Below, in pieces: positions 28,840-38,836 of a stretch of DNA of 64,000 nucleotides. The notes below the pieces were generated by a model. The model ran no database searches. It was not told where the DNA came from and saw only the letters and a program-made list of their open reading frames with translations. The stretch's first letter is position 1, and each line of letters begins with the position of its first letter. Both the position numbers and the translations under genes were made by a program. This DNA is from a virus. Where the stretch lies: the IMG/VR virus record IMGVR_UViG_3300027126_000006. One strand, written 5' to 3'.

Positions 28840-31053
28840 TTATCCGAGGGTTAGAGTCTTAACTGCTACGTTATAGTACTCCGAGAAGTATGCTTCTGAG
28901 TCGTATATATCAACTGTTAGTGAGGATGTATCTGCAGAAACCATTGTTGCTGTTTCAAGTAACCCAGTAGGTTCTACTTGCTTAGTTAGGTCTTCGGTTG
29001 CTACTGCACTATCAGATATTGGTTTAACTACTGATATACTATTTATCGCGTCTGTTGGTGCTGATAATGTATCACTTGCAGGTTTATCTAATAATTTAGC
29101 TGCACTATCATTAGATGTGGCAGTATCAGATGCCGGCTTTGTAATCAATTTAGCTACATTGTTATCATCAGATGTAGCTGTATCATCAACAGGTTTAATT
29201 ATTAACCTACTTATTATTGAATCGGTTGGTTCTGCTAACGTCTCATCTCTAGGTTTATCGATGAGTTTTGCAACACTATCCTCTGGAGTAGAGGAGTCTG
29301 TTAACGGTTTTACTAACAGCTTACTAGTAATTTGTTCTGTTAGTGCAATAATTTCAGGAAGTGGTTTCTCAAGTATTTTGTTTGTTAACAAGTCTACTGG
29401 AACACTAAATTGATCAAAGAAGTTCAGTACTGTGTCTTTTGATACAGTACTTGCTGTTATATTAAACGCAAGACTATCTCTTATATCAAATGTAGTGTAT
29501 AATTTGGTACCGGCTGGGTGTAGTGATTGTAACACTCGTTTGAAACTCTTAGTGTTAACTTCACTAAACACATCATAGGAAAACTGCTGATAATATAGGT
29601 TGTCTTGTGTGTGAACCGTTTGATCCGATACAATGCTATTATTGGTTAACCAACTTCCAGGAAGATTGACGATTGTGTCGTATCCAATCTTGACGATTGC
29701 ATGAGCACCATAATAATCTTCTTCATTTAGTAAGTTGATTGCTGAGTCGCCTACAATGTCCACAAATGGCCCACTAGGACCTTCCGTCGCTAGGGTAAAG
29801 GTATTTGTTGTAGCGTTTTGAACGTAATAAAAAGACCTTGGCGTAGTGTCGGTAATTAAGTTTGTGTAAATGGTCGACGTTTTCAGTTCAACGATGTCGC
29901 CGTTTGCTAGACCATGGTTGGCTAACGTAATTGCATTTGTTACTGTATCAATAGTACCAGTCCCAACTACAAGTCCTGTACAGACATAAGGTACAGGAAC
30001 TAGTGCACTAGTGAAGTCTATTACAACACCACCTACAGTGTTTGTGAGTTTTATCTGTTTAGGAGAAAGTACTTCATGGACATAGTACGTTGTCCCTTCC
30101 ACTATTTGTGTAACAGAGTCTTTCGTTATCTTTTGGAATACTATAGGACTATTAACACTAAGCCCATGATTATAAGAAAACTCAATGTAGTTATTTGTTG
30201 TGTCAATGAACCCGCGATTGAACTCAGTCCCTGCAGCTCCGCCAATAAACAGTCCAGTGCCAGAAGTAATCGAATGATTATACCCATGCTTCGTAATTTC
30301 AGCATGTATAATCCCGCCTGTTGGTGTCGTCGATATTACTTTGGCCAGAGATGGTAGAACTGTTCCTGGTATTGTAAACACTTGACCCTTTTGCCACTTT
30401 TCTCCGGGATCAATAACATTGATTGATGCAGGTGATGGTATCAAAGAACCAATGTATATTACTGCGCCGTTACTATTCTTAATATTGACGAGTTGATTTA
30501 CATAGGTAGGTATGCCGTACAAAGTATTGAAGAACAGTCTTACTTCATCATTACCTATATCTGTATATCGTATACATCTAACGCGAAGGTCTTCTCCAGT
30601 TGATTCGCGTACATAAAAGTATTCAAACGTTGATGGAAATTCGCCGTATATCTTACTAACAGTGATGAAGCTCTCTCTTTGCCACTTAGAGTTAGATGCT
30701 TTAAATACCTGATCGTAAGGATACTTTACCGAGGCCAAATCATCTTGATATACAATGCGAAGGAGATTTGTTAGAGCAGCTTCGGACCCTTTAGCACTGT
30801 AAATCTCTTTGATATTTTTAATGTACTTGAGATCAGGTGCGTCATTGAACAAACCATATACGTCTAAGCGATTCCTGAAGTACTGAACAAACTGTTCAGG
30901 CGTTTTATCGATGTCGTTAATTGTTTCGAGGTGGTCGCCGTGGTTCTCTGACAACCACTTATAGTATTGCTTTACGAATTCGACGAAAGCAGGATACTGT
31001 TCCCTGACAAATTCAGGGAACTGATTCTTAACGACAAGTGGTAGAATATCCAT
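28840..31053 (-). CDS. gp7: Baseplate wedge initiator gp7-like
   Basis: 'QFPEFVRE.YP.FVEF.K.YY.WL', 'IY.AKGSE', 'QDN.YYQQFSY', 'LHPAGTK'; follows gp6. Confidence 0.78.
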   Translation of the reverse strand: MDILPLVVKNQFPEFVREQYPAFVEFVKQYYKWLSENHGDHLETINDIDKTPEQFVQYFRNRLDVYGLFNDAPDLKYIKNIKEIYSAKGSEAALTNLLRIVYQDDLASVKYPYDQVFKASNSKWQRESFITVSKIYGEFPSTFEYFYVRESTGEDLRVRCIRYTDIGNDEVRLFFNTLYGIPTYVNQLVNIKNSNGAVIYIGSLIPSPASINVIDPGEKWQKGQVFTIPGTVLPSLAKVISTTPTGGIIHAEITKHGYNHSITSGTGLFIGGAAGTEFNRGFIDTTNNYIEFSYNHGLSVNSPIVFQKITKDSVTQIVEGTTYYVHEVLSPKQIKLTNTVGGVVIDFTSALVPVPYVCTGLVVGTGTIDTVTNAITLANHGLANGDIVELKTSTIYTNLITDTTPRSFYYVQNATTNTFTLATEGPSGPFVDIVGDSAINLLNEEDYYGAHAIVKIGYDTIVNLPGSWLTNNSIVSDQTVHTQDNLYYQQFSYDVFSEVNTKSFKRVLQSLHPAGTKLYTTFDIRDSLAFNITASTVSKDTVLNFFDQFSVPVDLLTNKILEKPLPEIIALTEQITSKLLVKPLTDSSTPEDSVAKLIDKPRDETLAEPTDSIISRLIIKPVDDTATSDDNNVAKLITKPASDTATSNDSAAKLLDKPASDTLSAPTDAINSISVVKPISDSAVATEDLTKQVEPTGLLETATMVSADTSSLTVDIYDSEAYFSEYYNVAVKTLTLG

Positions 31054-32867
31054 TAGCTTCTACTGGAGGTAAACTTGTATGGGTCTGTTGGTAGATCAAC
31101 AATAGCCGAAACTGTTAGTAAGGCCTCATCAATATATGCAAACTGATGCTGGGTTGAAGCCACATCATTCGATTGAGGTTTGATAGTAAATGAGAAATTC
31201 TCATCATCATGACTAATAATATTTAGTCCAGTTATATACATAGTGCCACTACCATAGTCAACTGTACCAACATTCTTTACAGCTATCTTTTCGCCTGTGT
31301 TGTTATAGTAAAACAATCGAAGGGTTCCTTTGAGAGTGTCGACAGGAACATCTTCAATATAACACGTCTCTGTTGTGTCGGCAGCAGTAAATGCTCCTGA
31401 CAAGATAGATTCTTCTGCTACCCCTGAGGAGTATATTGGATTTCCTAATGGGATTGTATATGATGATTCAATCCCATATATTGGTACAATCTCTTTATGT
31501 AGTTTGACGGTTGTAATGTTACCAGTGATTGATCTATCTGTACCATCTATGATACTGTTTAACTTTGAAAACTTAAGAACTGAATTGAAGTCATTCAGAA
31601 CAGTATTGTTGTAGTTGACAATGTTTAGACGAGTGAGAGATTCGATATCCCCTGCCGTCTTTGTTGTATATTGAGGATTATAATATACGGAGGTGTGGAG
31701 TTCAATTTTTAGATACTCCGGGTCAACAATTTCTGCTGATATAGAGAGAACTTTCCTTGGTCCAACTATACTTTCAATTATGTATTTTTTCTCATCTACT
31801 GTCAACTGATCATTTGTCTCCGGAACAACGGAAATGAACACCTTACCGTACTGAGGTGGACTCATAGTCTCCCCACCCCATACATTGACAGACTTAGAGT
31901 TAGAGAAGTTGTTCTTAATTATTGTCTTATAGTCATCAATAGTAACGCATCTATTCTGAGACGCAAACGCTCTTGGTGCTGCCCATCTAATTGATTCTAT
32001 ATCTTCTGCGAAACTACCATTAGAAGCAGATGTTATGGTACTCACTACAGCAGATCCGCTGTTTGGCACTTCTCCGGCAAACGTAAACGCATTAGCTCCA
32101 TTCAATAACGACCCATTACAAGTCATGTACGTTATTGTAATGTAGTTACCATTATCAAGAGATCGACCAACAACACCATTGCCAAACTGTATCTCATACA
32201 AGCCTTCATCCGTTTCCTTGATAAAGTATGCATATGACGCAGAGTTGATGTTCATCACAGTCTCTGCCCGCGTGTAAGTGTCATACACATTGGATCCAGA
32301 GTTCTCTTGAACTCGTACTGTTAGTGTATTAAGATCGACGTTGGTGTTGGGGATGATGTATGTCTCACCTTCTGCTACCGTATAGGCATATGTCAGTTCA
32401 TTGCCTTCTTTGATTACCACATTATTGAATATAAACTGCGACCCTGTACGGATCGATGTATATGCTTGTGTGGTATTGAATACGTATGGTACACCATCCA
32501 CTTGTGTAGTGAACTTAGTTCCTTTACCAATCGTATATGTGTGGTCTGTATTTGTACCTGCATTAATTGTTAAGTTTACAACTGCAAGTGCCCCAGTAGC
32601 AGACCTCGGAATGTAACCAAGCTCCTTTGCTTTTGATACCACGCTTGCTCGTTTTGAAGCAGAATCAATGAACATCTCATTGATTGCAAGGTTTGTGTAG
32701 AGGGCGTTGTAGTGAGTGTTGTATGCTAACACATCAAGAAGCAAGGACAATCCAGATCCATCAAAGTTATAATCTGTATACTGAGCTTGACCGGATAGGT
32801 ATTCTTTGAGAGAAGCCTTGATCTCATCAAACTCTAATGCGGTTGTTGTAATCTTTTGGTTAGCCAT
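31053..32867 (-). CDS. gp6: Baseplate wedge subunit gp6
   Basis: 'LEFDEIK..LK.YL..Q...TDYNFDGS.LS.LLDVLAYNTHYNA', 'QFGNGV.G', 'QNRCVT..DY', 'WGGE...PPQYGKVFIS'. Confidence 0.93.
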   Translation of the reverse strand: MANQKITTTALEFDEIKASLKEYLSGQAQYTDYNFDGSGLSLLLDVLAYNTHYNALYTNLAINEMFIDSASKRASVVSKAKELGYIPRSATGALAVVNLTINAGTNTDHTYTIGKGTKFTTQVDGVPYVFNTTQAYTSIRTGSQFIFNNVVIKEGNELTYAYTVAEGETYIIPNTNVDLNTLTVRVQENSGSNVYDTYTRAETVMNINSASYAYFIKETDEGLYEIQFGNGVVGRSLDNGNYITITYMTCNGSLLNGANAFTFAGEVPNSGSAVVSTITSASNGSFAEDIESIRWAAPRAFASQNRCVTIDDYKTIIKNNFSNSKSVNVWGGETMSPPQYGKVFISVVPETNDQLTVDEKKYIIESIVGPRKVLSISAEIVDPEYLKIELHTSVYYNPQYTTKTAGDIESLTRLNIVNYNNTVLNDFNSVLKFSKLNSIIDGTDRSITGNITTVKLHKEIVPIYGIESSYTIPLGNPIYSSGVAEESILSGAFTAADTTETCYIEDVPVDTLKGTLRLFYYNNTGEKIAVKNVGTVDYGSGTMYITGLNIISHDDENFSFTIKPQSNDVASTQHQFAYIDEALLTVSAIVDLPTDPYKFTSSRS

Positions 32868-33259
32868 TATCGAGTTCTCTGTAAAATCAGGTTAACTGTT
32901 ATTGGTTCTGAGGTGTTTACAATCACAAATACTATCGACACGTATATGCTATTGTTATCTACGTTTGGCCGGACATCGACGTTAATTAAGTTTACTCTTG
33001 GCTCAAAATTTTCAATAGTATTTCGTATTGAAGTAATGATCATTGCTTTTGTAAGCGGAGTGAACATTTCAAACAACAAACTATTCACCTCAGATCCTAT
33101 CTCTGGATGGAATAGTCTCTCGTAGTGATTAGTCAACACTAGGTTCTTAACCGATTGTTTGATAGCATTATCGTCAAACTTTTTCGATATATCACCAGTA
33201 TCGGGGTGAGCAATAAAGTTTAGATCGATATCGGCAAATGTTCTGGTATATCTTGACAT
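32867..33259 (-). CDS. gp25: Baseplate wedge subunit gp25
   Basis: 'DIDLNF..HP.TGD', 'AIKQSVKNLVLT..YER.F.PEIGS', 'NFEPRV'. Confidence 0.93.
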   Translation of the reverse strand: MSRYTRTFADIDLNFIAHPDTGDISKKFDDNAIKQSVKNLVLTNHYERLFHPEIGSEVNSLLFEMFTPLTKAMIITSIRNTIENFEPRVNLINVDVRPNVDNNSIYVSIVFVIVNTSEPITVNLILQRTR

Positions 33260-33262
33260 AAT

Positions 33263-33538
33263 TTAGCCGCCGATGAAGACGTTACTGGAACCTTGAGCTA
33301 CTACAGATCCACAAGTGATTGGATCTCCAATTCTTCCTGCTGATTTACCGTTAACATAAACTGTCGATGATCCCATTGCTAAAGTGCCACTATGGCCAAA
33401 ATGAATTGCCCAGCCATCATCTTCACGATGAACTCCAATGCCATTTACAAATACATTACTTGATCCTTGTATACTAGGTCTTGGAGCTGCCTTTGCGTGG
33501 CCACTGCATAGATCACCAATACGAGTTGCTGCTGGCAT
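33263..33538 (-). CDS. gp5.4: PAAR spike-tip protein (gp5.4-like)
   Basis: 'MPAATRIGD.CSGH...GSSNVFVNG...H...GSSTVYVNGK..GRIGD...CGS'. Confidence 0.9.
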   Translation of the reverse strand: MPAATRIGDLCSGHAKAAPRPSIQGSSNVFVNGIGVHREDDGWAIHFGHSGTLAMGSSTVYVNGKSAGRIGDPITCGSVVAQGSSNVFIGG

Positions 33539-33561
33539 ACATTCTCCGTGTAGTTATTAGG

Positions 33562-33569
33562 TATTTATA
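33562..33569 (-). promoter_or_regulatory. T4-type late promoter TATAAATA for the PAAR-gp25-gp6 operon
   Basis: Exact motif overlapping the upstream TAA stop. Confidence 0.8.
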
Positions 33570-35313
33570 CTATCAATTTAGTAATAGCTGATTTATAATT
33601 TTGTAGTTCCTCAATTTGAGCTTGCTGCTCTTTGATAGCTTCTACTAATAGACCAACCATGTTGCCATAAGCTAGTGATAGATGATCTCCATGAACTACA
33701 GCCTCCGGTAACACCTTTTCAACATCTTGTGCTATCAAGCCTATCTGGCGATCGCCAGTGTCTGTTCGAGTATACGTGTATCCAGTCAACTGACGCACTT
33801 TGGAAAGTGCGTCAGGTATTTGTTGTAAATCTGTTTTCAAGCGAATATCAGAGTAAGCGGTGACGTTACCTTGAGCAATGAAGTTACCGCTAGTATCAGA
33901 AGTCCATCTATAGGTGTTTGCTCCATTTGACCAACCTCCAAGTCTAAACACATTGTCTGTGTCTAGACCCATGTTAATAGCGTATGCACCAGTTCTGTGA
34001 AACGACATAAGGGTACCGCCCGTGCCGGCATTCTGGATCTGAAACTGATCAGATCCACCGTTGGTACCTACTGTTACAGATGTAGTTTTGCTAATAGTAA
34101 CGGATGTGAACTGTGGGTTAGCAGGAGCGGATCCTGTATAACCAATAATACCCTGGGATCCAGTATAACCGATTACGGTAGACGCAGATCCAGTATAACC
34201 AATAATACCCTGGGATCCAGTGTATCCAATAATACCCTGGGATCCAGTATAACCGATTACGGTAGATGCAGATCCAGTATAACCAATAATACCCTGGGAT
34301 CCAGTATAACCGATTACTGTGGACGCGGATCCAGTATAACCAATAATACCCTGGGATCCAGTATAACCGATTACTGTGGACGCGGATCCAGTATAACCAA
34401 TAATACCCTGGGATCCAGTATAACCGATTACGGTAGATGCAGATCCAGTATAACCTTGGCTACCTGTATAGCCTTGTGATCCAGTATAGCCTCGGCTACC
34501 TGTATAGCCTTGTGATCCAGTATAACCTTGGCTACCAGTATAGCCAATTGGACCCTGTACCGTAGATGCTGATCCAGTATAACCTTGGCTACCTGTATAG
34601 CCTTGTGATCCAGTATAACCTTGGCTACCAGTATAGCCTTGTGATCCAGTATAACCTTGGCTACCAGTATAGCCAATTGGACCCTGTACCGTAGATGCGG
34701 ATCCAGTATAGCCTTGGCTACCAGTGTATCCAAGAGGCCCTACTTGCCAAGACCCATCACCGCGTAACCATGTAGAGCTATTTGCTGTGCCAGACCCTAA
34801 ACGAGCAGTTGATACTGTACCAGCGTTTAAATTACTAGCATTTTGATAATAGGATCCCTCTTGACCATCTAAAAGATCAGCGTTAAGGTTTGTGACGGCA
34901 GTCGTGGACGCAACAGTAAGAGGAGCAGTTCCTGTTGTGACTGATGATTTAAGAACGGTTCCTCGAATAGACCCATTGACTTGTAGCTTGTCGGTTGCAT
35001 TATCAGTTCCCGTACCTAGCAGTACGTTCCCGCCATACTGGCCAACCTTTACCAATCCTGTATCAAGAACCTCTATGCTTGGAATTCCCGAAACATCGTT
35101 GACTGAAAATATAGTACCAGATAATGAATTGGTAACACTAAACAGCTGACCACTGGATCCTTCAAATGACAGGGTACCATTGTCTGTGGGATAGACATTT
35201 AAACTAATCGTCTGCGGCCCTGTCGACGCATCTGCACCCTTAAACTCAATCTTAGGATCAGCCGTCTGTCCTATGTTGGGTGTTATTACTATGTTTTTAT
35301 CTGAAAGTGCCAT
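33565..35313 (-). CDS. GYTGS-repeat fibre with C-terminal S74-like chaperone
   Basis: Gly-X-Y block with 57-bp repeats (GYTGSASTVI-GYTGSQGII); 'GNVTAYSDIRLKTD...LAYGNMVGLLVEAIKE'. Confidence 0.85.
   Translation of the reverse strand: MALSDKNIVITPNIGQTADPKIEFKGADASTGPQTISLNVYPTDNGTLSFEGSSGQLFSVTNSLSGTIFSVNDVSGIPSIEVLDTGLVKVGQYGGNVLLGTGTDNATDKLQVNGSIRGTVLKSSVTTGTAPLTVASTTAVTNLNADLLDGQEGSYYQNASNLNAGTVSTARLGSGTANSSTWLRGDGSWQVGPLGYTGSQGYTGSASTVQGPIGYTGSQGYTGSQGYTGSQGYTGSQGYTGSQGYTGSASTVQGPIGYTGSQGYTGSQGYTGSRGYTGSQGYTGSQGYTGSASTVIGYTGSQGIIGYTGSASTVIGYTGSQGIIGYTGSASTVIGYTGSQGIIGYTGSASTVIGYTGSQGIIGYTGSQGIIGYTGSASTVIGYTGSQGIIGYTGSAPANPQFTSVTISKTTSVTVGTNGGSDQFQIQNAGTGGTLMSFHRTGAYAINMGLDTDNVFRLGGWSNGANTYRWTSDTSGNFIAQGNVTAYSDIRLKTDLQQIPDALSKVRQLTGYTYTRTDTGDRQIGLIAQDVEKVLPEAVVHGDHLSLAYGNMVGLLVEAIKEQQAQIEELQNYKSAITKLIV
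34125..34735. repeat. Coding tandem repeats (18-bp and 57-bp units)
   Basis: Repeated gatccagtataaccaataataccctgggatccagtataaccgattac. Confidence 0.9.
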
Positions 35314-35344
35314 AGCGTTCTTTTCTTAGATGGTGTTGTATTTA

Positions 35345-36652
35345 TTAGATCCCGTACCGACCACGGAGAGCATTAAAATTGGCTTTAACCTCAGCAGCGG
35401 ATAGCTTCCTGGTGTATAGTTTAACAGCATATATCCTTCCATAGTATCCACCTGCATATCCGCTACCAATTGTTATTGGTGTGCTGTGAGTTGTTAGTGT
35501 ACCAAAGGAATGAGCGTATGAATTATATTCAACTCCATTCTTATACCATATCGATTGAGTCGTATCTCTGGTAACACATATACATGCTGTTTCATTCTGT
35601 AATACAGTAAATGAAGATGTATGACCAATATATGGTTGTGCGTTACCTGCCCCATCACCATAATAGTAGTTTATGCTTCCATCAGGCTCATGTGTGAGTG
35701 TGCCATATCCACCGTATGCTTGATTGTAAGGATTTCTTCTATTGGCATCATTTTCTTCGGGTTTAAGCCATATCTCTATTGTTTGTTCTGATGGAAAATC
35801 AATAGATGGAATCGTAAACCCATTATTATTCAGGAAACTTATGGTGCCATCTGAATTGTAGCTTGCATCAGAGATGGTTGCAACTCGGTTAGATGTTAAA
35901 TCTATTATTGATTCTGTATTTGAACGAGTAAAGCTTTTACTAAATGTGGAACCTACTCCTGTTTCAATCTGTACATCGGCAATCTTTACTGTTCCTCTAT
36001 TTCCGTAATGACCGTACATATAGCAGGCCCACCACGATGCTGTATCAATTACAGCATTAAGTGTAAACGTAGCATAAACTCGTTGCCACGTTCCTACTTT
36101 TGTATTGAATGCAGTTCCCTGAGAGTTGCTTTGTCCATCCCAAAAGTTATATGTCGCATCCGATAATCTTTTAGAGTACATACCTGCGTTAGCACATTTT
36201 GTAATATCACTGGTCCACGACAACCATGATATTGTGTATGTGCTACCTGCAGTCAATCCCATATCTGAAGGAAATGAGTTTCCTTGAAGGGCAAAACTTT
36301 TAGCTTTCCATTGCCCATCAACATCTCTCATTGTCACTACTGGCCTTTGCAGATCTTGTTCATAGGTCCATATTGCATGATAAGTGTTAGTCCAGTCAGT
36401 TACTCCTGTATTAACATAACCAGTAATTTCCGAACCTAAGTCGTTATAGACTCTAATTGCATCTGGATGTTTGGCGTTCCATGTTCCTGATGCTGTTGCA
36501 CTATAGCTTGCATATGATGAATCTACTCTAGGATTTTGGAAGTATGCATGATTTGAGGTTGGCTTACCCTTCCATGACTTCACTGTATTTCCGACATCAT
36601 AGTAAAATACGAGTCCGGTCTCATCGAGCATTGGTCCTGCGCTCACACTCAT
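35345..36652 (-). CDS. LamG-like domain protein with an extra carbohydrate-binding-like module
   Basis: 'GLVFYYD.GN..KSWKG' N-terminus; 'VKLYTRKLSAAEVKANFNALRGRYGI' C-terminus. Confidence 0.72.
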   Translation of the reverse strand: MSVSAGPMLDETGLVFYYDVGNTVKSWKGKPTSNHAYFQNPRVDSSYASYSATASGTWNAKHPDAIRVYNDLGSEITGYVNTGVTDWTNTYHAIWTYEQDLQRPVVTMRDVDGQWKAKSFALQGNSFPSDMGLTAGSTYTISWLSWTSDITKCANAGMYSKRLSDATYNFWDGQSNSQGTAFNTKVGTWQRVYATFTLNAVIDTASWWACYMYGHYGNRGTVKIADVQIETGVGSTFSKSFTRSNTESIIDLTSNRVATISDASYNSDGTISFLNNNGFTIPSIDFPSEQTIEIWLKPEENDANRRNPYNQAYGGYGTLTHEPDGSINYYYGDGAGNAQPYIGHTSSFTVLQNETACICVTRDTTQSIWYKNGVEYNSYAHSFGTLTTHSTPITIGSGYAGGYYGRIYAVKLYTRKLSAAEVKANFNALRGRYGI

Positions 36653-37845
36653 ATGCCATACCTCCCACGTTGAGCATTAAAGTTTTGTCTGACTTCGGAA
36701 GGGGATAAGGATCGGTTATAGATTCGAACCGCCGGAATCTTTCCGCTGAAGTAGGTATTACCTATACCATTCCATGCTCCAACGTAGGCAGCCATAGTTC
36801 CATTTGTGGTAGAAGTTGCGCTCGATGCACTTATAACGGATGTTCCGTTGACGTACAGTGATACAGTTGACCCATTGTCAGTTGCTGCCACATGGTACCA
36901 TGTATTCAGAGATAATCCTGTTGAGTAAGCTACATTATATGAAGTATCAGATGTATTGAAATTATGATGTCGAAGTTGTAGTTTAGAGTCTGGGCCCACT
37001 AACGAAAAGATCCAACCATTATACCCACCATATGGTATTACTATTTGGTGTCCTATATTGGTATCGGGGCTATGGATGGTGTGGTATATCCATGACTCTA
37101 CAGTAAAATTATTTGGACTACTTTGTGTGTATGGAAAGTACAATACGTTAGACGTTCCGTCAAAACTAAAGCTACCATCTACATTATATGTTAGGCTAGT
37201 TGCTGTTATTGTATTGTTGCCTAATAGATCAAGTAGTGCTTGGGTATTAGATCTAGTGCCACTGACATATGGTGATGTTAAGCCTTCTTCAAACATCTCA
37301 TTATATACATCAAAGGTGTTGCCAACATATGTTGTATCAGCTCCTGTCGATACACCGTATGTTAGTATAGCAAATCCGGTTGGAGATGCAGATGCTGTAA
37401 ACTTATAGACTAGATAGTACCAACCTTGGCCAATCAACGTTTGAGTTATAGAAGTAGCCGTTAGAGTATTTGATCCAGAAGCTTCTGGGTTACCTTTACT
37501 TGCATCGCAAACAAATGAGGGTGTAGTTGTATTAGATCCGTTGTATCTGATATAGCACGAGAAGCTGTAAGATTGTCCTACTGTTAGTGCTGGGACAATC
37601 ATTGCACGAGCTACGTTGACGGCAGATGTTATAGTGTACCTGTTGACGTTAGCAGACTCTTGGTTTAGTCGAGTGGATGCTGTAACAACTGGTCCACTTG
37701 CATATGCATAAGTTTGAAGAGATAGTGGAACGGTAGATATTAAGTTGGAAGTTGGCCGACCCTTCCACGACTTCTGAGTGTTTGCCATGTCATAGTAAAA
37801 CACCAATCCATTTGTAGCAATCTGCGGTGAATGGTCAAGAGCCAT
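36649..37845 (-). CDS. LamG-like domain protein (paralog of 35345-36652)
   Basis: 'FTVESWI', 'WYHVAAT', 'LYVNG', 'YFSGKI..VRIYNRSLS..EV.QNFNA.RGRYGI'. Confidence 0.78.
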   Translation of the reverse strand: MALDHSPQIATNGLVFYYDMANTQKSWKGRPTSNLISTVPLSLQTYAYASGPVVTASTRLNQESANVNRYTITSAVNVARAMIVPALTVGQSYSFSCYIRYNGSNTTTPSFVCDASKGNPEASGSNTLTATSITQTLIGQGWYYLVYKFTASASPTGFAILTYGVSTGADTTYVGNTFDVYNEMFEEGLTSPYVSGTRSNTQALLDLLGNNTITATSLTYNVDGSFSFDGTSNVLYFPYTQSSPNNFTVESWIYHTIHSPDTNIGHQIVIPYGGYNGWIFSLVGPDSKLQLRHHNFNTSDTSYNVAYSTGLSLNTWYHVAATDNGSTVSLYVNGTSVISASSATSTTNGTMAAYVGAWNGIGNTYFSGKIPAVRIYNRSLSPSEVRQNFNAQRGRYGI

Positions 37846-37951
37846 ATATAGCCTCGTACTGCTCTGGCGTCATTTCTATAAACATAGGCATCCCGTCTTG
37901 ATCTTGTTCATTCACAAGATAGTTGCCGTTTTCTAAGATGGTATATGTCAT
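37835..37951 (-). CDS. Small 38-aa protein not in the ORF track (MTYTILENGNYLVNEQDQDGMPMFIEMTPEQYEAIYGS)
   Basis: ATGA overlap with the upstream stop at 37948-37951, and overlap with the downstream start; it fills the intergenic gap exactly. Confidence 0.6.
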   Translation of the reverse strand: MTYTILENGNYLVNEQDQDGMPMFIEMTPEQYEAIYGS

Positions 37952-38835
37952 ATGGAGTTTGTGTTAACAGGGGATGTATATAGCATAACATCGTCAATTA
38001 AATACTTCGCTGAAGTCGCCTCACTACGGGCATAGTTACCTAAGTTCATGTACTTTATAAACTTTGTACCATATCTAAATGGAAGTGAAGAGTTTCTGTT
38101 TTCTCCAGTAAACCACCCACTATCATATAATGTCCATGTTTCTGGTATCTCAGGTACCCAAATATAATTGAATGTACCGCCAGCCACTCCTCTGGCAACT
38201 GGGGTGCCTATTGGTAATGAGTGTCCAATGTTAGGCATCGTTGTATCTGCTGCTCCATCAGAGGATAGTTTTAATCTATATTCTGTCCCATTTCCGGAGA
38301 TATCTACAATTTCATTGTAGTAAAGAGTGTAATCTCCAAACCCTATCCGTGTATACTGCCAGGCTGTTGAATATAGTGGGTGGGTGGCAGGGTAAAACAA
38401 TACGTTCCGGAAATAATATAGAACGGTGACAGGGTCCCAACCGGAATTGGATGCAATGTATATGTATTGATCTCCTGGGTTACATGCTCTAGTGAGGGTA
38501 GTATTACCTACACCACCACAATTCCGAAGGTCTACAAAATTATAGAATTGATCGTAGGTGGCAAATCCTAGGTGCCCGTACCCGAGGTAATTGTTTGGAG
38601 AACTTCTTGATATCGTTTTAGCTCGTACTGTCATTCTATAATACTTGGAAGTATTCACTGAAATAAACTCACCGCCAAGTACATGTTGGTTGTTCTGTTG
38701 CATTAATAAGGAATATTTTCCACTATAACTATCAGCGGAGTATATAGGACTGAAAGTAAAGTTTGCATTGGTTCCTGTCTCAAAGTCTCCATTTGTAAAT
38801 AAACCGCGCTTTGACTTTCCATACACAACACCCAT
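37948..38835 (-). CDS. Putative carbohydrate-binding beta-sandwich virion protein
   Basis: 'LFTNGDFETG...YSGKYSL' CBM-like start; likely start ATG 38835 (MGVVYG). Confidence 0.6.
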   Translation of the reverse strand: MGVVYGKSKRGLFTNGDFETGTNANFTFSPIYSADSYSGKYSLLMQQNNQHVLGGEFISVNTSKYYRMTVRAKTISRSSPNNYLGYGHLGFATYDQFYNFVDLRNCGGVGNTTLTRACNPGDQYIYIASNSGWDPVTVLYYFRNVLFYPATHPLYSTAWQYTRIGFGDYTLYYNEIVDISGNGTEYRLKLSSDGAADTTMPNIGHSLPIGTPVARGVAGGTFNYIWVPEIPETWTLYDSGWFTGENRNSSLPFRYGTKFIKYMNLGNYARSEATSAKYLIDDVMLYTSPVNTNSI

Positions 38836-38836
38836 A

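Noticed and set aside
15810-33895. Possible diversity-generating retroelement template/variable repeat pair
   Set aside because: Differences between the two chaperone copies are not adenine-specific, both copies are coding, and there is no reverse transcriptase in the window.
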